NCBI GenBank assembly: GCA_012839235.1 | Contig: DUNS01000074.1 | Span: forward strand, 1 to 52,839 | Direction: 5' to 3' | DNA: 52,839 nucleotides | Source: Clostridiales bacterium | GTDB lineage: Bacteria; Bacillota; Clostridia; Lachnospirales; Lachnospiraceae | In this document: positions 46,729-52,839 of the stretch, piece after piece | How positions within the stretch are numbered: position 1 is the stretch's first letter | Layout: every line of letters begins with the position of its first letter | Position numbers and translations under genes: made by a program | Notes under the pieces: generated by a model | Databases searched by the model: none | Seen by the model: the letters and a program-made list of their open reading frames with translations, nothing else | What the model was told of the DNA's origin: nothing

Positions 46729-47496
46729 ATGACCACGGATAATAAAGAAAAGCTCTGGGAGGAGTATTCCAAAAATAAGTCTTCTGAGCTTCAAGAAAAG
46801 TTAATAATTGAATACGTAGGGTTGGTGAAAATTGTCGCTGGACGCCTAAGTATGTACTTAGGATATAATGTCGAGTACGATGATTTGGTGGGTTATGGTG
46901 TTTTTGGATTAATAGATGCTATTGATAAATTTGACTATTTAAAGGGTGTAAAGTTCGAAACCTATGCATCATTAAGAATAAGAGGGTCTATCCTAGATGC
47001 GATACGTAAAATGGATTGGATACCAAGAAGCATAAGGCAAAAACAAAGAAAAATTTTAGAGGCTAATAAAAACTTAGAATTAAGGACAGGAAAGATAGCA
47101 ACTAATGAAGAGGTTGCTAATGAGTTGGATATATCTATAGATGAATTAGAAATATGGCAGAGTCAAACAAATATTGCCAACATAATTTCATTGGATGAAT
47201 ATATGGAACAAGGTAGCGAGGGGGGTATTGAACCCAGTTCAGTAATTACCTATGAGCAACCGGATAAGATCTTAGAAAGAGAGGAACTTAAGGAACTTCT
47301 TATTGAAACTCTTGAGACCTTAACGGAAAAAGAAAAAACAGTAATCGTGCTTTACTACTATGAAGAATTGACATTAAAGGAGATAAGTAAAATTCTTGAA
47401 GTATCTGAATCTAGAGTATCTCAATTGCATACAAAAGCTTTGCAAAAGTTAAAGGTAAAATTAGGTAAAAACATTGAAGTGTTTTTTAGCTATTAA
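46729..47496 (+). CDS. fliA: Flagellar sigma factor FliA/SigD (sigma-28, WhiG family)
   Basis: DDLVGYG..GLIDAIDKF, FETYASLRIRGSILD, DWIPRS, VSESRVSQLH. Confidence 0.96.
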   Translation: MTTDNKEKLWEEYSKNKSSELQEKLIIEYVGLVKIVAGRLSMYLGYNVEYDDLVGYGVFGLIDAIDKFDYLKGVKFETYASLRIRGSILDAIRKMDWIPRSIRQKQRKILEANKNLELRTGKIATNEEVANELDISIDELEIWQSQTNIANIISLDEYMEQGSEGGIEPSSVITYEQPDKILEREELKELLIETLETLTEKEKTVIVLYYYEELTLKEISKILEVSESRVSQLHTKALQKLKVKLGKNIEVFFSY

Positions 47497-47541
47497 TTAA
47501 GATACAGAGTAAGATAAGATTATTAATCAGAGGGGGAACTA

Positions 47542-49146
47542 TTGGTGGATGGTAGGAATGGATATTTTCAACTGATTATAAAAGATGATGGAACTTATTT
47601 AAAGATTTTTGCTCCGGATTTTGGTTGTCAACCAGTTACATTTGACGAAATCAATAAATATCTGAGTGATATCAGGTTATTTGATTACGATAAGGCAGAA
47701 GTAAGTAAGGCATTAGTGAGCTTGATTGATGTGATAGAAATCAAAATCACCCCAGCTGTAATGTCTATACAGGATGAGTGCTTGAAAATCAAGATTTCAG
47801 AAGACAGAATGGTTGCAGTAGGAAGATTTTATGCTCCAAGTACTGGTGGTAAACTGATGACCAAGGATGATATTATTCAAACTCTTACCCAAGCCAATGT
47901 CAAATACGGAGTTGAGGAATTAACTATTCTTGGATTTCTTAAGGATAGAAAGTATTGTACTGACTATCAGTTGGCCCATGGTAAAGCACCAGTTCAGGGA
48001 CATGATGCGGAGATTACATATCATTTTAAAACTGATTTATCCCAGAAGCCTAAAACTAATGAGGATGGCTCTGTAGACTTCCACAACTTGGATACTATAT
48101 CCCATGTTCAAAAGGATGACTTACTGGCAACATTATTGCCAGCAGATCATGGTACTCCCGGTGTTGATGTGTGTGGTAATGTAATTAGACCTAACAAGGT
48201 TATTAATAAGATACTTCGCCACGGTAATAATATACGTCTATCCGAGGATGGCTTACAGATGTTTTCAGATGTTGATGGCCATGTTACACTAACAGATGAT
48301 CGTGTATTTGTTTCTGACTCCTATAATATACCTGCGGATGTAGGAGCTTCAACAGGAGATATTGATTACAATGGAAATGTTATTGTAAAGGGTAATGTTA
48401 TCACTGGATTTTCCGTTAAGGCTAAAGGAGATATTGAAGTATACGGTGTTGTAGAAGGTGCCTATCTTGAAGCCGGAGGTCAGATAATTCTTCGTCGGGG
48501 TATGCAAGGAATGAATAAAGGTATACTAAAAGCAAATAGCAATATAGTTTCAAAATTCATTGAAAATGCAACAGTTTATGCAGGAGGATATGTACAAACT
48601 GAATCTGTTATGCATAGTAATGTATCAGCCAAAGGGGATATTGTTGTTGGAGGTAGAAGAGGCTTTGTATCAGGAGGTAAGCTAGTATCAAGAACTATGA
48701 TATCAGTAAAAACTGCTGGTTCTGATATGGGTAATACAACACATCTGGAAGTTGGAATTGACCCGGTTATGGCAGATGAGCTTAAAGAAATAGAAAAAGA
48801 ACTTACTAAATTAAATGAAGACAAAACTAAATTAATTCAAGCTCTTAACCTATTACGTAAGAAATTGTCTACTGGAACTGCGATAAATGACGAGATACGG
48901 GAATATGTTAAGCAACTAACTAATATGAACATCGAGATTGAGACAAAACTAAAGGATAATAAAACTAGATATAATAACCTTAGAGTACAGATGGATAACA
49001 ATACAAGTGGAATGGTAAAGGTGCAAGATACAGTACATGCTGGAACGAAGATAGTAATCTCTAATGTAGTATATATCGTTAAAGATAAAGTTATCCATAG
49101 TAGGTTTATAAGAGATGGAGCTGATATTAAAATCGTACCTTATTGA
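47542..49146 (+). CDS. DUF342/FapA-family flagellar assembly protein
   Basis: DGSVDF, G.PG.DVCG, TGDIDYNGNVIVKGNV beta-helix repeats, C-terminal coiled coil; follows fliA. Confidence 0.85.
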   Translation: MVDGRNGYFQLIIKDDGTYLKIFAPDFGCQPVTFDEINKYLSDIRLFDYDKAEVSKALVSLIDVIEIKITPAVMSIQDECLKIKISEDRMVAVGRFYAPSTGGKLMTKDDIIQTLTQANVKYGVEELTILGFLKDRKYCTDYQLAHGKAPVQGHDAEITYHFKTDLSQKPKTNEDGSVDFHNLDTISHVQKDDLLATLLPADHGTPGVDVCGNVIRPNKVINKILRHGNNIRLSEDGLQMFSDVDGHVTLTDDRVFVSDSYNIPADVGASTGDIDYNGNVIVKGNVITGFSVKAKGDIEVYGVVEGAYLEAGGQIILRRGMQGMNKGILKANSNIVSKFIENATVYAGGYVQTESVMHSNVSAKGDIVVGGRRGFVSGGKLVSRTMISVKTAGSDMGNTTHLEVGIDPVMADELKEIEKELTKLNEDKTKLIQALNLLRKKLSTGTAINDEIREYVKQLTNMNIEIETKLKDNKTRYNNLRVQMDNNTSGMVKVQDTVHAGTKIVISNVVYIVKDKVIHSRFIRDGADIKIVPY

Positions 49147-49170
49147 TGATTTACCAAAGGGGTTGGTGAT

Positions 49171-49479
49171 ATGCCTATTAGACCAGTTGAGATAATTCAA
49201 TCACACAGTGCGACTCAGTATAAACATGTTGAAAGTCAAAGAGCTGTTCATGAGCAAGTTCAAAACAGTAATAATTTTCAGAATATGCTTCAAGAGAAGA
49301 AAAGAAAAGCTGAAGAATCAGCTAAGAGCGACAATACTGAGTACCGTTTTGATGCATCAAAAAAGGGAAATAGTGAGTATTATAATTCTTCAGGTAATAG
49401 AAAAAAGAAGAATAAGGACGAGAAGAATGAAGGCAATAATAAGCCACCAAGTTCAGGTGGTATTGACATCTTGATATAA
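49171..49479 (+). CDS. Hypothetical hydrophilic flagellar-cluster protein
   Basis: 102 aa, MPIRP N-terminus, IDILI C-terminus, SD GGTGA. Confidence 0.7.
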   Translation: MPIRPVEIIQSHSATQYKHVESQRAVHEQVQNSNNFQNMLQEKKRKAEESAKSDNTEYRFDASKKGNSEYYNSSGNRKKKNKDEKNEGNNKPPSSGGIDILI

Positions 49480-49483
49480 TCTC

Positions 49484-49601
49484 CACGAATAAGCAGATTA
49501 GTCAAATAAATTCAGGACGTTTCTCAAGCTTGCTTGCAATATACAAGGGTCGCTAATTTGTAGCTACGGCCCAAAGTTTGCAGATTACGAAGAAAGGCAT
49601 G
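49484..49601 (+). repeat. Family 2 repeat, internally deleted copy (modules A, B, D)
   Basis: Exact 20-bp A (49484-49503), exact 14-bp B (49525-49538), D 49556-49601 at 36/46 to 27561-27606. Confidence 0.88.
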
Positions 49602-49610
49602 GATATTAAT

Positions 49611-50231
49611 TTGGAACCATTAGAAATAGTATTAATTGTATTAGGAATAATTATAATAATTGTCAGTTTCTTTTTGGTTGGCTCTAAGCAAGAGATTAAT
49701 GAGAGCACATTAGGAAAGAATATCTCTTTGGACCAGGTTTTTGCCAAGGAAGAGATACAAGACTTTAATGATAGTATTATTAATAAGCTCAATGAAGTTC
49801 GAGAAGAAACCCTTAATGCTACAGAAGATGAACTAAGTAGGCTTTCTAATGAGAAAATCATGGCTGTAAGTGAATTCTCTGATCAGATATTGGAAAAGAT
49901 TGATCGTAATCATGAGGAAGTAGTTTTTCTCTATAAAATGCTTAATGATAAGGAAAAAGAGATAAAAGAAACTGTTAAGGAAGCTAATATTGTTCAAAGA
50001 CTTAGTAAGGAACAAGAGAGCGATACAGTGGAGGCTAAAGCTGTTGAAGCAGATAATCCTTCATTTACTTCTAAGGAAAAAGATATGTCGGACTCAGAGG
50101 TCTTCAATAATAATGAAGAAATACTATCCCTATATTCCGAGGGTAAATCTATTATAGAGATTTCTAGATTATTAAGCCTTGGACAAGGAGAGGTAAAGCT
50201 AGTTATTGACTTATTTCATAATAAGAAGTAA
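49611..50231 (+). CDS. Membrane-anchored coiled-coil protein (DUF6115/SwrB-like position)
   Basis: N-terminal TM; C-terminal EILSLYSEGKS..EISRLLSLGQGEVKLVIDL HTH-like motif. Start TTG 49611 or ATG 49599. Confidence 0.75.
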   Translation: MEPLEIVLIVLGIIIIIVSFFLVGSKQEINESTLGKNISLDQVFAKEEIQDFNDSIINKLNEVREETLNATEDELSRLSNEKIMAVSEFSDQILEKIDRNHEEVVFLYKMLNDKEKEIKETVKEANIVQRLSKEQESDTVEAKAVEADNPSFTSKEKDMSDSEVFNNNEEILSLYSEGKSIIEISRLLSLGQGEVKLVIDLFHNKK

Positions 50232-50252
50232 ATTGAAAGGTATGGTGTCGTA

Positions 50253-50840
50253 ATGAAATTAAAGTATTATATGAGAGGGCTTGGTATAGGAATCCTTCTT
50301 ACCACCATAATCTTTGTACTAAGTGGTTACAATAAAGGATTAACTGATGAAGAGATTAAGGAAAAGGCAGCTGAGCTAGGAATGGTATGGAAGGATCAAA
50401 GGGATAATTCCGATGAAGGCTCTCTGGACAAGGTTCTAGAGGATATCCTAGCTGATAAGGATCCTACACCTGAACCAACAATAGAACCCACACCGGATCC
50501 AACACCAGAGCCTACATCAGAACCTACACCTGAACCAACAATAGAACCCACTCCGGAGCCAACACCAGAGCCTGCACCAGAACCTACAGAGGAGCCTGCA
50601 GCTGAGCTTCCAGTAGAAGATAGTGAGGATGTTTCTAAAGAGGTTCTGATAACAATAACCAAAGGCATGTCATCTGATGATGTTTCACGAGTTTTATATG
50701 AAGCTGGTTTGATTGATAGTGCATATGCATTTAACAGATATATTATTTCAAAAGGTAAATCAACAGTAATCTCATACGGTAGCTTTAATATTAGTATAGG
50801 AGCCACCTATGATGAGATAATTGATGTGATTGTAAAATAA
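50253..50840 (+). CDS. Membrane-anchored protein with Pro/Thr/Glu linker and a YceG/MltG N-terminal-like domain
   Basis: YYMRGLGIG TM, (PTPE)n linker, ITKGMSSDDVSRVLYEAGLIDSAYAF. Confidence 0.75.
   Translation: MKLKYYMRGLGIGILLTTIIFVLSGYNKGLTDEEIKEKAAELGMVWKDQRDNSDEGSLDKVLEDILADKDPTPEPTIEPTPDPTPEPTSEPTPEPTIEPTPEPTPEPAPEPTEEPAAELPVEDSEDVSKEVLITITKGMSSDDVSRVLYEAGLIDSAYAFNRYIISKGKSTVISYGSFNISIGATYDEIIDVIVK
50463..50582 (+). repeat. 60-bp in-frame tandem duplication encoding PTPEPTIEPTP.PTPEP..E
   Basis: 50463-50522 vs 50523-50582, 56/60 identical. Confidence 0.9.
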
Positions 50841-50844
50841 AAGC

Positions 50845-50873
50845 TTGCAAGAACCTAAGCTATGTGTTATAAT
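50845..50873 (+). promoter_or_regulatory. Sigma-A promoter of rpsB-tsf
   Basis: TTGCAA-17 nt-TATAAT, with TG extension. Confidence 0.85.
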
Positions 50874-50883
50874 CGCATAGTCA

Positions 50884-50965
50884 AAATACACGCATATTGA
50901 TTCTAGGCAGGGTGCCATATAATGGTCTGATAAGAATGTGATATATGCGGAAGTAAATAACCAAA
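50884..50965 (+). ncRNA. rpsB (S2) autoregulatory leader, t44-like
   Basis: ATACACGCATA...GGTGC...TATGCGGA...TAACC pattern with CGCATA/TATGCG stem, directly upstream of rpsB. Confidence 0.75.
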
Positions 50966-50978
50966 TGGAGGAAAAACA

Positions 50979-51734
50979 ATGAGCGTAATTTCAATGAAAC
51001 AGTTATTGGAAGCTGGTGTACATTTCGGACACCAAACAAGAAGATGGAACCCTAAGATGGCGGAGTACATCTACACAGAAAGAAATGGTATCTATATTAT
51101 CGACTTACAGAAGTCTGTAGGTAAAGTAGACGAAGCTTATGCTGCTATTAAGAATGTAGTAGCTGAAGGTGGTAGTGTTTTATTCGTAGGTACTAAAAAG
51201 CAAGCTCAAGATGCTATTAAGTTAGAAGCAGAGCGTTGTGGAATGTTCTATGTTAATGAGAGATGGTTAGGTGGTATGTTAACAAACTTTAAAACCATCA
51301 AGAGTAGAATATATAGATTAAGAGAAATTGAAAGAATGTCAGAGGATGGTACATTCGATGTACTTCCTAAGAAAGAAGTAACTCAGTTAAAGCAAGAATG
51401 GGATAAGCTTGAGAAGAACCTTGGTGGAATTAAAAACATGAAGGGAATCCCTGATATTATCTTCGTAGTAGACCCTAAGAAGGAAAGAATTTGTATTCAA
51501 GAAGCTCACAATCTTGGTATCCCTCTAGTTGGTATTGCAGATACTAACTGTGATCCTGAAGAGCTTGACTATGTAATTCCTGGTAATGATGATGCAATCA
51601 GAGCCGTAAAACTTATAGTATCAAAGATGGCAGACGCGGTTATCGAAGCAAATCAAGGAATGAGTTTAGCAAATTCTGATGAAGCTGAAGAAGCATCCAG
51701 AGATGCTGAGATGGAAGAAGCGGTTACCGAATAA
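50979..51734 (+). CDS. rpsB: 30S ribosomal protein S2
   Basis: [36 protein letters not shown]. Confidence 0.99.
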   Translation: MSVISMKQLLEAGVHFGHQTRRWNPKMAEYIYTERNGIYIIDLQKSVGKVDEAYAAIKNVVAEGGSVLFVGTKKQAQDAIKLEAERCGMFYVNERWLGGMLTNFKTIKSRIYRLREIERMSEDGTFDVLPKKEVTQLKQEWDKLEKNLGGIKNMKGIPDIIFVVDPKKERICIQEAHNLGIPLVGIADTNCDPEELDYVIPGNDDAIRAVKLIVSKMADAVIEANQGMSLANSDEAEEASRDAEMEEAVTE

Positions 51735-51740
51735 TACGTG

Positions 51741-51773
51741 AATGCTTCAGCCAATTATGGTTGAAGCATTTTT
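51741..51773 (+). terminator. Hairpin/attenuator between rpsB and tsf
   Basis: AATGCTTCAGCCA/TGGTTGAAGCATT plus TTT. Confidence 0.7.
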
Positions 51774-51807
51774 AAAACAAACTATATTTTAATTGGAGGT
51801 AATTTTA

Positions 51808-52740
51808 ATGAATATTACTGCTGGAATGGTAAAAGAATTAAGAGAACTAACTGGCGCTGGTATGATGGATTGTAAGAAAGCACTTAATACTACTGAAGGC
51901 GATATGGACAAAGCAGTTGAGTTTTTAAGAGAAAAAGGACTTGCTGCAGCTGAGAAAAAATCTGGAAGAATTGCTGCAGAGGGTATGGTAGATACATTTA
52001 TTTCTGAAGATGGCAAAGTGGCTGCAATTGTTGAAGTTAATAGTGAGACAGACTTTGTTGCTAAAAACGATAAGTTTAGAGGGTATGTTGCAGATGTTGT
52101 AAAGCAAGTAGCTAGTTCTAATGCAGCTAACCTAGATGCATTTTTAGAAGAGCCATGGGCACTTGATACAGCATTAACAGTTAAGGAACAATTATCTTCT
52201 ATGATTTCTATTATCGGTGAGAATATGAATATTAGAAGATTCGAGAAGGTAGTTTCTACTGATGGATTTGTTGAATCATATATCCATGGAGGTGGAAGAA
52301 TTGGTATCCTTATAGAGATGGATACTACTGTTAATAATGATGCTACCAAGGAAGCTGCTAAGAATATCGCAATGCAGATCGCAGCTATGTCTCCTAAGTA
52401 TATTAGCGAGGCTGATATTCCTGCTGAATTCATAGCACACGAGAAGGAAATCATCAAAGCGCAGATTATGAATGATGAAAGCAATTCTAAGAAACCTGAG
52501 AACATCATCGAGAAGATGTTAGAAGGTCGCTTTAAGAAGGAGTTAAAGGAGATCTGCTTATTAAATCAGGTATATGTAAAGGATGGAGATATATCCGTAG
52601 AGCAGTACCTTGCTAATGTATCCAAAGAAGTAGGTGCACCTGTAGCTATTAAAAGCTTTGTTCGCTTCGAAACTGGTGAAGGACTTGAGAAAAAATCAGA
52701 GGACTTTGCTGATGAAGTAGCAAAGCAGATGGGTCAGTAA
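51808..52740 (+). CDS. tsf: Translation elongation factor Ts
   Basis: VKELRELTGAGMMDCKKAL, EVNSETDFVA. ATG 51808 follows GGAGGT. Confidence 0.99.
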   Translation: MNITAGMVKELRELTGAGMMDCKKALNTTEGDMDKAVEFLREKGLAAAEKKSGRIAAEGMVDTFISEDGKVAAIVEVNSETDFVAKNDKFRGYVADVVKQVASSNAANLDAFLEEPWALDTALTVKEQLSSMISIIGENMNIRRFEKVVSTDGFVESYIHGGGRIGILIEMDTTVNNDATKEAAKNIAMQIAAMSPKYISEADIPAEFIAHEKEIIKAQIMNDESNSKKPENIIEKMLEGRFKKELKEICLLNQVYVKDGDISVEQYLANVSKEVGAPVAIKSFVRFETGEGLEKKSEDFADEVAKQMGQ

Positions 52741-52839
52741 GAATTTGTATTGGTGCCAGGCACCATTAAGAAAGTATTAACAAAATGGTAATTTAGCATA
52801 ATTTTATAATGACTTTATATGAGGCTCTAAAAGCCTGTA

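Noticed and set aside
51789-52508. Long antisense ORFs (239 aa opposite tsf, 204 aa opposite flgE, and many shorter ones)
   Set aside because: Shadow ORFs caused by codon bias on the strand opposite conserved genes.

Overview
AT-rich, Clostridia-type chromosomal window. Gene order and protein sequences suggest a Lachnospiraceae-like spore former (inference). The left part (1-15 kb) holds the 3' end of galK, a Bacilli-type aconitase AcnA, a divergent ROK sugar kinase / GH2 beta-mannosidase pair, nrdR, a YlmC-type PRC-barrel sporulation gene, comM-dprA-topA and codY. From 15.4 to 50.8 kb runs a single co-directional fla/che cluster: flgBC-fliEFGHIJ-(MotE/YlxF-like)-fliK-flgD-(TIGR02530-type)-flgE-flbD-motAB-fliLMY-cheY-fliOPQR-flhBAFG-(PilZ brake)-cheBAWCD-hyp-fliA-(DUF342)-hyp-hyp-(YceG-like). 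It is followed by rpsB (with its S2 leader) and tsf. The genes are mostly ordinary; the unexplained signal is intergenic. (1) Three 140-215 nt rod-like hairpins share a core (TCGGyACTT...TACCGyTA...AGCGAGAGCG) but have different, self-complementary stems. (2) A second modular, hairpin-rich repeat occupies seven widened junctions of the flagellar operon, with probable copies in the ylmC and ROK-kinase leaders. It is always oriented with the downstream gene and usually ends in its Shine-Dalgarno. Also notable: a FlgD with a C-terminal X2-like domain, a stator with Na+-type signatures, and a structured flgE leader next to a protein carrying an RNase-fold-like motif. No transposase, integrase, tRNA, rRNA or CRISPR array was seen. 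All alignments and folds were done by eye.
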